Shown here: piece by piece, positions 7,937 to 17,767 of the stretch
Layout: every line of letters begins with the position of its first letter
Position numbering within the stretch: the first letter of the stretch is position 1
IMG/VR virus record: IMGVR_UViG_3300025267_000020
Span: 1-48,040 of that record
Length of the DNA: 48,040 nt
Reading direction: 5' to 3' (one strand)
Source of the DNA: a virus
Taxonomy: Duplodnaviria > Caudoviricetes
Notes under the pieces: model-generated
Told to the model about the DNA's origin: nothing
The model's database searches: none
Seen by the model: the letters and a program-made list of their open reading frames with translations, nothing else
Translations under genes and position numbers: made by a program

Positions 7937-8006
7937 ATACTATCAGTGAGGTTTACTGTTGTCAAGAAAAAAAATGCGCCATTCCAAAAAAAAGAAACAG
8001 CGCATT
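7937..8006 (-). promoter_or_regulatory. terminator-promoter cassette 2
   Basis: Same hairpin as cassette 1, T tract, TTGACA-17-(TGA)TAGTAT. Confidence 0.8.
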
Positions 8007-8028
8007 CCAGCCGAGAAAAAAAACAAGA

Positions 8029-8856
8029 TCACCCAAGCGGATTCGTGTTTGCCGTTCGCGTAACCTTCACTTTTCCTTTGGCGATATTTTCCAGATTTCG
8101 CGCAAACTGACGCCCAGACGGATCAACCAAATTGCCCGAATCCAAACGCGGTTCTGGACCGGCTGAATCCTGATGCCCAGTCGATATCGACGGCTTGAAC
8201 AAATGCTCACCACCTGACCGTTGCAACCCTTGCACCCATTCATCAATCGTGTAGGGTTGATCTGGACGAGAAGTTGAAAACTTGACTGCGCCATCACTCA
8301 ACACGGCAAGGCTTCCGTTATGCAATTCAAAACCAGCACTGACCGCACGGTTCAACACATCGTCAATCGCCTCGGTTCGCACACCAGCATCCAGCGCGGT
8401 TTTGCTCACCAACGTACGAAATGTTGCCTTGTCTAATTCTGCCTGTGCAGACGTTTCACGCTTTCTCGACTCATCAAGCTGTGCTTGTATCGGTTCAACG
8501 GACGCCTGTACAGCGGCTTGAATTTGCGACGTTAAATCCTCATTCGTGACCACTCTCGCATCCTTTTTCGTAAGCCTCTTTTTATCCTCAAGCATTTCAT
8601 TATACACATTCACATCAACGCCGTTATACCGCGAAGACACCTCGTGCAACTTATCTGACAGATCGGTTTTTTCTTTCATTAACGAAACGTTCGTGTCTCG
8701 AAACTCAGACACCTTCGCACCTAACTCAACCTCACGCTGTGTCTGACCCTCAATCGATAAATACCATTTCCCATCAGACTCCACATAATGGTCCTTTACG
8801 CCTTCAGGCAAACCAGACAACTCATCCACCGTCTCAACAATACTTTTCAGCGCCAT
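8029..8856 (-). CDS. capsid scaffolding protein
   Basis: KDHYVESDGKWYL, coiled coil, HLFKPS motif; between MuF and capsid genes. Confidence 0.75.
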   Translation of the reverse strand: MALKSIVETVDELSGLPEGVKDHYVESDGKWYLSIEGQTQREVELGAKVSEFRDTNVSLMKEKTDLSDKLHEVSSRYNGVDVNVYNEMLEDKKRLTKKDARVVTNEDLTSQIQAAVQASVEPIQAQLDESRKRETSAQAELDKATFRTLVSKTALDAGVRTEAIDDVLNRAVSAGFELHNGSLAVLSDGAVKFSTSRPDQPYTIDEWVQGLQRSGGEHLFKPSISTGHQDSAGPEPRLDSGNLVDPSGRQFARNLENIAKGKVKVTRTANTNPLG

Positions 8857-8869
8857 TGCAACCTACCTT

Positions 8870-9109
8870 TCAATCCTCACCAAACAATTTTCGCTCAGCC
8901 TCAAGAGCTTTCACCGTCAACGCTCCAATGATCTCACGTTTATTCCCGCCAGCTTTTATTTTCTTTTTCGCTTCATTGATTTGTGCTTGCGACGGCAACA
9001 CGCCCACCAGCATCGTTCCGTCGTACGGTTGCGTGAAATACTCAAGTGTTTCCTGAGCTGTCCTCTTTGACACCTGCTGTCCTTGATTTAATTCTTCATC
9101 ATCAGCCAT
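8870..9109 (-). CDS. small protein downstream of MuF-ART, candidate immunity protein
   Basis: 79 aa, 12 nt after the toxin-domain stop; role inferred from position only. Confidence 0.45.
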   Translation of the reverse strand: MADDEELNQGQQVSKRTAQETLEYFTQPYDGTMLVGVLPSQAQINEAKKKIKAGGNKREIIGALTVKALEAERKLFGED

Positions 9110-9121
9110 TCGCCTACCCCT

Positions 9122-12100
9122 TTATGGTTCTATTGGAGCTTTGCCAGTAGGAACCAACTGAATCACACGCCTTCTTTTCGCTTTTTGGACTAGTTTCCCA
9201 GCATCATCACGTACCCACATCATAAACAATCGCGTTGTTACATTTGCGACTCTGAATTCCTGACCATGAGGCATCAAAAATTCGTCCTCACCTCTGTTTT
9301 CAGAAATATCATTAACGTACGCACCATAAGAAGGATGAATCTCCATCAATGGAAATTCATGTGAAAAACCAGCCTCCTTAAATTCAGGAGAATCAGCACC
9401 CTTAGCAAAGGTATTGTAATCAAGCCCACTCGATTGGAAACCGTTCAATTGCAACACATCCCCAGGCAACACCTCATCATTACGCATTAAGTTATATTTC
9501 CGCATCAAAGAATCAGGAGCAGCACTCGCCAACCGTTCCTCCATATCTTTTCCACGGACCAACGTCCCAGCAAACTCAGAATTCCTCCACACAACCAAAT
9601 CATCTGGTGGCTTTGGTGCGTCCAATAAAAACCGTTGGACGTTCTTTGCATCCCTGTCCAACACGGTTGGATGTAATCGTAATTCCCTATTCCAATTTCC
9701 GAACGCCGCGCCTGTATATTCCTTCACTGAACCCATCACACGACTACCATCAGCCGAATTTTCAACTTTTTGAATATACGGGCTATACTTCGCCGTCATT
9801 TTTTCTTTATGAACGTCTGATTGCCTTCTAATCGTCTTGGAATCCCAAAACTGAAAATCTCCATCAACAGCATTAGTGATCGATGCTTCCTTGCTTGCCC
9901 ACTGGATCGAATAAAACTCTGGTGGCGGTTTATACTCTCGCCCCTGCAACAACGTTTCTTTCGCTACAAACCACCGTTGCTCTATTTTTTTGTTCGCAAG
10001 ATGCGCGTACTCATCGACACGATTGGTCGCAGCGTACCAACTATTTTTCGATCCAGTCCATTGTTGACTCAACGTGGTTTTACCAGTCCAAGGAACATCG
10101 TAAAAACCAGATTCATCAACATCCTTGATCAATCGCATATAACCATCATCCAGCCATCCCCAACTAACCGAACCAGGAACAGAACGATTGTGCATTTTTG
10201 CAATACGCAACAACACAGACTCTGGCAAAAACAGATTTTGATTGGAAGCCAATTTTCTCACAATACCCAACGAAGCCACTTCACCACTCGTCAATCCAGA
10301 TGACATCTTTTCCCAATTCAAACCGTTGTAATATTCCAGCGATGAATCAAAACCCTTTCCTATATTAGAAAATTTATGTGGTGCAAACTCATCACCCATA
10401 CCAAAGACAGCATCAAGCTCAACCTCTAACGCCGCCTTTGTGCCTTTATGCCCCCCCGGAGGAGAACCGTACGGATATTTCTCAATGATATTTTCCGATT
10501 CTGTTTTCCCTGGTATGTCTGATTTCAATTCAAGCTTTTTTGTTGGTAACGGTGAAGCCTTCTTTGGTTTAATCTCAGGACTCAAATTGTCCAGCGATTT
10601 TAACGATTTTGCCTTTAACAACTGAACCGCAGCATCGGAAAACTCAGGCACCTGATAATGTATAGACCATAAATTTTTAAATACATCATCAAGCAAAACG
10701 CCGTGGCCTTGTTGCGTTGCCATTAAATCAGAAAGTTTCTTTACACGAAGAGACGAAATGAAATCCGGCAACCCTTTATTTGGCATGTTTTTCCAAACGA
10801 AAGATTCAGCCTTTTTTACAAGCAACCCCCTTTTCACTTTTGAAATAACTTCAGCCGGTGTCATATCCATCAATTGAGATTTCGTAAATACCTTTTGCCA
10901 CTCTGATAAATATTCGGCATTACTCTCATCCCAAAACGCTTTCATTGATTTCTCAACGGCATCTCTAGTCTCTGGATCAAACAAGCCCATCAAGTTAGAT
11001 GAGATTTTATTACCAGCCTTATCAGTTGCACCGCTAAACGCCTTGGCATTCACAAAGGCATCTGATTCAATCTTGAATTTTTCAAATACTTTTGCATCGA
11101 TCTTAGAAAATGCGCCTCCAAGAACACCCTCACCACTGATTTCCGTTGCAACATCCTTGGCTTTTCTCTCAAACACGCTCAATGGTTTCTTGCTTTTTAT
11201 CTCTGCCTTGGCCGCAGATTTTTCAACCGATTGCACCGCCTTGGCTTTTTTCTTTTTGAAGGTATTTGATTTTTTTGCCGCAGCAAGATTGGCGGTATTT
11301 TTTTGCTCGCTCACCACTCCCGGATCAGTGACCGCCGCCTTGCTTGTTCTCCGCTCCAATCCCACCGCGCAACGACACAACGGATGCAATGGTGGAGAAG
11401 GCATTACCCCCTCACCAGACTCACCCTCAAAATTCCCTTGCACCTCAATCCGTTGCTGCCCCATCGAATTACACTTAGGACACAACCGATCATCAGGAGT
11501 CACGATCCATCGTTTTTGGAATTCTGACGGATTGAGTGTTTTGTTTTCTATCGCCTGATCCCACAATAATTGCTGACCGCGATTCGCCGCTCGCATGGAT
11601 TCCGTTACCGCGATCATGTCAGCACGACCAGCAAGGACTTGTTTGCGTTTTTTATTAAATAGCTTTTCAACTTTACCCGCAGACAAACCCTTTTCAAATA
11701 ACTTGCCTCTGTATTTTTCAAGCGAGGCTGATTGCAATGGTGTCAAACCAATAAACTGCTTGATCTCATTGACTGTTTCATTCGGTGACAATTTACCATT
11801 CGACGCCTTTTCAATAATCGAACGAACCGTTTTCAACTGGCTCTTGTTGATATTTTTTATCAGATTCCCAGTTGATGATCTCGCATACTTCACAGCCAGT
11901 GGATTGGAGGCAATGAGTTTTTCAGGACTATCACCGATAAGTTTTTTTAGTGTATCCGCTTGAGAATTTGCACCGGCAACAGTTGTGTTTAATGTCGCCT
12001 CAAATATCCCATCACTATGCTCAGACCATTGAGTATTGATGTGGTCGGACACTTCCCATTGCGCGGCTTGAAAGTTTTTCGATTTGATCTGTTGCTTGAT

Positions 12101-12271
12101 CTTATCGGCATCGATTTTTGAAATCGCACCAGACCCCTCAAGACCCCCAACAATGGACTTGATGAAAAACCTGCCATTCTTGTCGGCAACCTTGTGCGTT
12201 TCTTTCCAGTCACCGTAAATATATTGCCAATCAGACGGATCTGCTTTAGGAGCCATTACGATCAACCACAA
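9122..12271 (-). CDS. MuF/SPP1 gp7-type minor head protein fused to C-terminal ADP-ribosyltransferase
   Basis: MuF: RADMIAVTE, KRWIVTPDDRLCPKC, PPLHPLCRC. ART: YTG..F..WNRELR, LVVWR, GFQSS, EDEFLMPHGQEFRV. Confidence 0.85.
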   Translation of the reverse strand: MWLIVMAPKADPSDWQYIYGDWKETHKVADKNGRFFIKSIVGGLEGSGAISKIDADKIKQQIKSKNFQAAQWEVSDHINTQWSEHSDGIFEATLNTTVAGANSQADTLKKLIGDSPEKLIASNPLAVKYARSSTGNLIKNINKSQLKTVRSIIEKASNGKLSPNETVNEIKQFIGLTPLQSASLEKYRGKLFEKGLSAGKVEKLFNKKRKQVLAGRADMIAVTESMRAANRGQQLLWDQAIENKTLNPSEFQKRWIVTPDDRLCPKCNSMGQQRIEVQGNFEGESGEGVMPSPPLHPLCRCAVGLERRTSKAAVTDPGVVSEQKNTANLAAAKKSNTFKKKKAKAVQSVEKSAAKAEIKSKKPLSVFERKAKDVATEISGEGVLGGAFSKIDAKVFEKFKIESDAFVNAKAFSGATDKAGNKISSNLMGLFDPETRDAVEKSMKAFWDESNAEYLSEWQKVFTKSQLMDMTPAEVISKVKRGLLVKKAESFVWKNMPNKGLPDFISSLRVKKLSDLMATQQGHGVLLDDVFKNLWSIHYQVPEFSDAAVQLLKAKSLKSLDNLSPEIKPKKASPLPTKKLELKSDIPGKTESENIIEKYPYGSPPGGHKGTKAALEVELDAVFGMGDEFAPHKFSNIGKGFDSSLEYYNGLNWEKMSSGLTSGEVASLGIVRKLASNQNLFLPESVLLRIAKMHNRSVPGSVSWGWLDDGYMRLIKDVDESGFYDVPWTGKTTLSQQWTGSKNSWYAATNRVDEYAHLANKKIEQRWFVAKETLLQGREYKPPPEFYSIQWASKEASITNAVDGDFQFWDSKTIRRQSDVHKEKMTAKYSPYIQKVENSADGSRVMGSVKEYTGAAFGNWNRELRLHPTVLDRDAKNVQRFLLDAPKPPDDLVVWRNSEFAGTLVRGKDMEERLASAAPDSLMRKYNLMRNDEVLPGDVLQLNGFQSSGLDYNTFAKGADSPEFKEAGFSHEFPLMEIHPSYGAYVNDISENRGEDEFLMPHGQEFRVANVTTRLFMMWVRDDAGKLVQKAKRRRVIQLVPTGKAPIEP

Positions 12272-12275
12272 AAAT

Positions 12276-12572
12276 TCAACGCGACTTTAAGATCAATCGA
12301 GAATCAACCGTTAAACATCGACCACACAAAAAACCAACAACCTCACGAAATTCAGATCCATAAACATAAAGCGTGAGAATCCTGTTGCCGGTCAACAATC
12401 GCTCAGCATCAAAATCCACACGCCCCATGCAACGCAAACAATTGAAAAAATCTACAAACTCATCATCATGGAAAAAATCAGCAGTATCTTTCCAACTGTC
12501 GATATCATCAGCCCGATACGTGGTGACCCAATCAGACGGATCACCCGTTTGTGTTTCTCGTCTTGATGACAT
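12276..12572 (-). CDS. hypothetical protein (CxxC/CxxC)
   Basis: Fits operon packing; CLRC and CGRC. Confidence 0.45.
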   Translation of the reverse strand: MSSRRETQTGDPSDWVTTYRADDIDSWKDTADFFHDDEFVDFFNCLRCMGRVDFDAERLLTGNRILTLYVYGSEFREVVGFLCGRCLTVDSRLILKSR

Positions 12573-12816
12573 TCTGCAAACTCACAACCGCCTTAATGAC
12601 ATCCCGTGTCGCCTCATTCACTGCATCATCGCTCAATATATCCTTGTCTGCTCCAGCCTCAACGGTTTTCAAAATAGAATCAACCATCGTGACCGCTGCA
12701 TCCTCTTTCGCTGAACCCTTCCCCTTAACAAACCGCTCAACCGATTGCACAGACGTAAAAATATACGGCAACATTTTCATTCCGATTTCAAGAAACCCCA
12801 TCACTAACAGCCTCAC
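12541..12816 (-). CDS. hypothetical amphipathic helical protein
   Basis: Overlaps upstream stop; KGSAKEDAAVTMV motif of small phage proteins. Confidence 0.6.
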   Translation of the reverse strand: MRLLVMGFLEIGMKMLPYIFTSVQSVERFVKGKGSAKEDAAVTMVDSILKTVEAGADKDILSDDAVNEATRDVIKAVVSLQNVIKTRNTNG

Positions 12817-13975
12817 TTTCTTTGATTGTCTGACGCCGACTCTTCACCAACAAACTCACGCGGATAATACTTGTTTAGATACGCCTCAGCCAACTCATTG
12901 GCAGTAATCGGTTTTAAGAAAAAATTAATTGGCACACCAGCATCACCAGCAATCGCCTTTTCAACGTAATCCTCCATTGCCGTCATCAACGAATTCGTAT
13001 CAATGACCTTGTTGTTTTTATCATCGTACTCACCAAGAGAGGATTGCGTTGAATCTGTCTGTTCTCGTTTCAAGATATGAACAAGACCCACAAAGCTTGA
13101 ACCGTATGTTGCACCGCTCAACAGGTTCATCACGTTTGCGGTTTTCGATCCGTCTGACTTGATCGCCGCTTCCAGCGACTTCCGATCATCAACGACAATC
13201 GGATCATCTTTAAACATCGCATTCCACGAACGCACAGCCTTGTCCACATCCATCACGTACGGAGCAAACACTTGCGCTTGCTTGTGCGTGCAATTTGCCG
13301 TGATAACAATCGTACCCTCAACGTCATGATGCTTGTGCTGAGAAATTGAAACGTCTTTTGCTTGTCCTGCAACCTTAGTGCTTACAGACGGTGACAAGAA
13401 CCCGGAACACTGCGCGTTGACATAACTTGCAATAGAATTTGAGCTTGTCGAACTACCGTCTTGATTCACTTCCGATCTGAAGTACTGTGCATCCAACACC
13501 ATCGAGTCAGAAGACAACGGAAGCTTTTTGATCTCACTCGCGTTGTAATCAATCGGGCTTTCCACAGAATCACCGATTTGGCTTTGGCTGTCCTCGCCCT
13601 TCTCATCGACTCCGGTTGCCGCTTTTATCGCAGCCTGAGCAGTCACCGTCGCACTTGCCAGATCAGACGCCGCAACCACAACGCGATAATCACTAACACC
13701 TGCTCACGAGCCTCACCCATCTCAGCTTTTAATTTGTTGATCTCACCAGTCAACTCATCAAATTCTTTGCTGGTCGTATCAACGCCCATATTCATCAGCT
13801 CTTGCGTTGTCATGTCCAGACTGCGTTTCGCAAGAATCAACGCATTCAATTGCCGCTGTGCATTGTCAACAGGCTGCTGCGCCTTTGCCTCTTTTTTTAA
13901 TCTCTCTATTTTTTCAAGACTTACAATATTCCCTAGCACCAAAGTTGGATCAAACGGTATTGTTGTTGGCATCAC
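12813..13975 (-). pseudogene. gene split into ORFs 13643..13975 and 12813..13679 by a 38-nt insertion
   Basis: Removing 13672..13709 joins KAEMGEA to ASDLASATV in frame, giving one 374-aa ORF. Confidence 0.65.
13673..13717. repeat. two short segments (22 and 23 nt) identical to 17845..17866 and 17796..17818, in swapped order
   Basis: caaccacaacgcgataatcact and aacacctgctcacgagcctcacc occur at both loci. Confidence 0.9.
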
Positions 13976-13986
13976 ACCTTCCTTTT

Positions 13987-15417
13987 TTATTCATCGCCTA
14001 TAGTCGAGCCACCGACATCCTCAGAACCAGAATTTATCAACTCTCGTTCTTCACCCAACGTCCGCCCTGATTCAATCCACTCACCTTGCTGTAAATTCCA
14101 AAACAGTGTTTCATAACTAACCGCGCCAGATTGCCATGCACCAACCAACGCTTCTGCCTCTTCTGGTGGAATCCTCGTGTCGAAAAAATCCTTGTTTAAT
14201 GCAAACGACAGATCCGACACCTCACCATCCATCCCCGCCCACCATGCGTGCCACTTCATCAACTGCTCCATCCCCGCATCAAACGTCACTGATAACGCAG
14301 ACAGTACCGAATACTCAGCCGCTGATTTAATCCGCAACGCTTCAGCCGTCTCACCAACACGCTTCGGTTCATCGATAATCCTTGCACCCAACGCAGCCAT
14401 CCGCGCTTGCTTCGCAGTGATTAAACGCTCCAATGATCCAAGCCCGTCGCCGGTATACTCCAGCATCCCAGCTCTGGCAGTTGGCTCAGGTAACACCCAC
14501 GCCTTAGAACTTCCAATAGGCAATTCCCCATCTAACTCCACACCGGAAACCCACGGTGTTGGAAGCGATGTCAAATGTGCGCCATGTTCATGATCAGCAC
14601 TTGTCCGATAATGTGACAAATTGACATCAACAAGATCCAACAATGGCGGCTTTGAAACTTCCGAACCAAGCGAACTAGGACCGAAAAATTGGAACGGAAT
14701 AAACCGCAATGGCTCACCACGTCTCAACGGAATAAACGGATCGCCTACTTCCTCCCACCTGTCCGTATTTTTTAAACGCTTATCACCAACAGCCTGCTGG
14801 AATCTTCTAATCACGTATACAGCGGAATCCGTTTCCGGATCGAGCAATTGCAACACTCGCACTTGAGGCACAGCAACCCTCACCCACGGATCATCAGAAT
14901 TCGCAACCTCGACCGTTTCAGACAACACGACGCATGAAAGTTTTTCACGCCCACCAACGATCACACTATCCCAGCTCAAAATATCCTCAGCCCGTCTTGA
15001 AATCCAATACGGACGAGACACCCCCATGCCAGACGGTGCAGTATCAGTCATTTCAACCTGCACGCCCCACCGCCCAACAATCAACGTTTCCTGAAATCCA
15101 GACAACGCGAACGTTCGTATCGATTTCGCAGTCAACGTCACATCGTCCAAATCAGACAACAATTCTTTGGGAAATATCACGCTGGGCCGACTGCGAAAAA
15201 CACACCCGATCATCCCCATGACCGTCCGCGCCGTGGCATTGTAAAATTCAGCACGCGCCAAATACGAAGAATAATCACCGGACACTGAAGGCAAATACTT
15301 GATCCCCTGCTTTTTTACTGCATCAGAACCGTCATAACAATCACGGCAACGTTGCCACTTCGACAACGCTTCCTTGTATTCAGACCTTGGTGTATTAACT
15401 GGCATCGTTTCCCCCAA
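13987..15417 (-). CDS. portal protein (DUF4055-like)
   Basis: YLARAEFYNATART, KPPLLDLVDVNLSHYRTSAD; downstream of terminase. Confidence 0.9.
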   Translation of the reverse strand: MGETMPVNTPRSEYKEALSKWQRCRDCYDGSDAVKKQGIKYLPSVSGDYSSYLARAEFYNATARTVMGMIGCVFRSRPSVIFPKELLSDLDDVTLTAKSIRTFALSGFQETLIVGRWGVQVEMTDTAPSGMGVSRPYWISRRAEDILSWDSVIVGGREKLSCVVLSETVEVANSDDPWVRVAVPQVRVLQLLDPETDSAVYVIRRFQQAVGDKRLKNTDRWEEVGDPFIPLRRGEPLRFIPFQFFGPSSLGSEVSKPPLLDLVDVNLSHYRTSADHEHGAHLTSLPTPWVSGVELDGELPIGSSKAWVLPEPTARAGMLEYTGDGLGSLERLITAKQARMAALGARIIDEPKRVGETAEALRIKSAAEYSVLSALSVTFDAGMEQLMKWHAWWAGMDGEVSDLSFALNKDFFDTRIPPEEAEALVGAWQSGAVSYETLFWNLQQGEWIESGRTLGEERELINSGSEDVGGSTIGDE

Positions 15418-15507
15418 CGTGATATGCTTGTCAAGTTGTTCTGTTCATTCTCTCATCCATTGCGAAGAGGTAATTTCTTGCCGGTTACCTCTTCGCCCCT
15501 CCCCCCC

Positions 15508-15774
15508 TCACCCATCACGATCCACAACCAAATCCCCAACAGCAGCACGCTCAGCAGCAGCACGCCCCAACCCGCCATCGTACTCACGAATGGCCGCACG
15601 CTCTTCAACAAACTCCACATCATCTGCTGGCAAGGCACTTGTCATCGCCTTAAAACCAGGATTCAAAAAACCATTGATCTTGTCTTTTCGCCACTGTTCA
15701 CACGAGTCACACCAGCCCAAGCGGTTTTCAGGATTCCGCTCATTTTTCTCACAACGTTTGCAAACTTCCATCAC
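15508..15774 (-). CDS. small hypothetical phage protein
   Basis: EERAAIREYDGGL.R..AE motif; N-terminal Cys pairs. Confidence 0.7.
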   Translation of the reverse strand: MMEVCKRCEKNERNPENRLGWCDSCEQWRKDKINGFLNPGFKAMTSALPADDVEFVEERAAIREYDGGLGRAAAERAAVGDLVVDRDG

Positions 15775-17249
15775 TACACCTCCCGCGTTCTCGCGAGCCT
15801 TGCTTTCTTCCTACTGGCAAGTGATTCCTCAAACGCACCAGCTACCGAATCCGCCTGATCATCATGCTTGGATTCTGGCACCGCTGTGATCTCTTCTAAC
15901 CAATCTCGCGTCCAGCCTCCACGCAACAACGCGACGTTCCCCGCTTCAGCCTGAGACGCAAACGGACGCCACCGCGATACCTTTGATCCTGACGGAAGAC
16001 GCCCAGCATAATCGAAACCGGCCAACATTCTCACACGCGATGCGATGATGCTTTTTCCACTCGATCCAGGCTCTTGCTCTTCACGCACCTTTACGTCACG
16101 CCCGTCCAGTTGAGCAGTTTTCAAAATAACCGCATCAACCCCATGTGGTGACCATCGACCACGTACCACATCCTCAACATAAAAACGCCCATCATCAAAA
16201 CGCGACACCTTCGTGCCAACCGTCCAATCAGGATCGTTGTTTGCCTTTGCTTCCGTCGCTGCACAATCCCAAAACCGCGCAGTACTCACACGCCCTTTCA
16301 CCGGCAACACATCAACAACATTGAACCATTGCCGCTTGAATAACATGCCCTCTTCCGGCTGAGGATTCTGATTGTCCTGTGTTTCAAAATCCCGACCCTT
16401 TATCCGCTTGTCCTCATCAACCTCAACACGCCCACGCCTCTCAGGACACAACAGCTCACCAGCCTCAGATCGTGGATCTTGAAACCCTAAAACCGTGATT
16501 CGCGAACGCTTTGGATCGTACTCAGTCGGCAGCATCAAAACTTCGTACCCAAAATCCTCCATCATGTATGATGCGATGTCATCTTGGTGGCCTCGCTGCA
16601 TAATGCAAAACCGGCAACCCGTCTTCGGATCGTTTAATCGACTATGCCACACCTTACGATAAAACTCATGAACCTGATGCCGCTCTTTTTCTGAATGAAT
16701 GTTTTGCAAATTGTGTGGATCATCCAAACCCAAAAAATCAGCGCCATGACCAGTCACCGTGCCACCAACCGATGTGGAAATCCTAAAGCCTCGCTTTGTG
16801 TTCTCGTAAAACGTTTTGATGTTTTGGTCAGTGGTTAAATCGAACAACCCCCCCCAGCGATCTTGATACCAATCCGAATCAATCACGCGCCGACTCAACA
16901 CAGCATGTTCCACCGATAATGATCCCGAATAACTCGCATACATAAAACGCGATTCCGGCTGGCTAATCCACAACCACGGATTAAAGCACACTGATGCCGT
17001 TATGCTTTTTGTGTGCCTTGGCGGAATCAACACCAACAAATTGCGTATCTGACGTTTGGCTAGTCCCTCGAAATGATCGCACACCGCCTCAACATGCCAA
17101 CCCCCAACAAACGGTGTATTCGGCTCAATGACCGGCCAAACATTTTCAACGAATTTATGAAACCGCCTTGTTGCCAATTCCGTTTTCACCGCTTCCAGAT
17201 CGTGAAGAAGCGATTTCGTGAATGCGCTCAATCTTTTCCAACTCCTCAA
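15774..17249 (-). CDS. terL: terminase large subunit
   Basis: Walker A LIPPRHTKS, Walker B LGLDD, nuclease RFWDCA and HDDQADS; start uncertain. Confidence 0.95.
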   Translation of the reverse strand: MRSWKRLSAFTKSLLHDLEAVKTELATRRFHKFVENVWPVIEPNTPFVGGWHVEAVCDHFEGLAKRQIRNLLVLIPPRHTKSITASVCFNPWLWISQPESRFMYASYSGSLSVEHAVLSRRVIDSDWYQDRWGGLFDLTTDQNIKTFYENTKRGFRISTSVGGTVTGHGADFLGLDDPHNLQNIHSEKERHQVHEFYRKVWHSRLNDPKTGCRFCIMQRGHQDDIASYMMEDFGYEVLMLPTEYDPKRSRITVLGFQDPRSEAGELLCPERRGRVEVDEDKRIKGRDFETQDNQNPQPEEGMLFKRQWFNVVDVLPVKGRVSTARFWDCAATEAKANNDPDWTVGTKVSRFDDGRFYVEDVVRGRWSPHGVDAVILKTAQLDGRDVKVREEQEPGSSGKSIIASRVRMLAGFDYAGRLPSGSKVSRWRPFASQAEAGNVALLRGGWTRDWLEEITAVPESKHDDQADSVAGAFEESLASRKKARLARTREV

Positions 17250-17763
17250 CCGTCAAATGTGACAATCCGCCCTCTGATAATTCTTTGTCCTGCACAACCT
17301 CACCAGCCTCACCACGCGCTTGTCGCTCGACCTTCACCCCAACCTCAAGCAATCTAGACGCAGAAACCAGCGACATTTTTTCGATCTCCGAATCCTTCAC
17401 GCCGTTGATTTTCCGAAACGCTTTTTCGACCAGCGCAGCAGACATCAACGCATGAAACTTGTTCATACGTGAAACCGCTTCCACCTGATCAATTCGCGCC
17501 ATCCGATCTTGCTCATCAACCCACGCTTCGATACGCTCAACCCAATTCCATTTCACCGACCACCGCGCAAGAAGTTGCGCCGATTTACCCAACTCACGCG
17601 CCACTTTTTCTTGACTACGCTTCATGCCCAAATCACGATAAACACAAAACGCACCAAACGCTTTTTGGCTCTCTCCAAATTGGCGTTCCCACGGCAACCG
17701 CGTTGACGCCTCACGCGCCTCACGCGCTTTCGCCAAACGATCCACCTTTACCACATTCACCAC
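17155..17763 (-). CDS. terminase small subunit
   Basis: PWERQFGES.KAF.AF..YRDLG..RS...W.W.ER HTH-type motif directly upstream of TerL. Confidence 0.8.
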   Translation of the reverse strand: MVNVVKVDRLAKAREAREASTRLPWERQFGESQKAFGAFCVYRDLGMKRSQEKVARELGKSAQLLARWSVKWNWVERIEAWVDEQDRMARIDQVEAVSRMNKFHALMSAALVEKAFRKINGVKDSEIEKMSLVSASRLLEVGVKVERQARGEAGEVVQDKELSEGGLSHLTVEELEKIERIHEIASSRSGSGENGIGNKAVS

Positions 17764-17767
17764 ATCC

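Noticed and set aside
17155-17249. TerS/TerL 95-nt overlap as programmed frameshift fusion
   Set aside because: No clear slippery site; such overlaps are common and the TerL start is uncertain.
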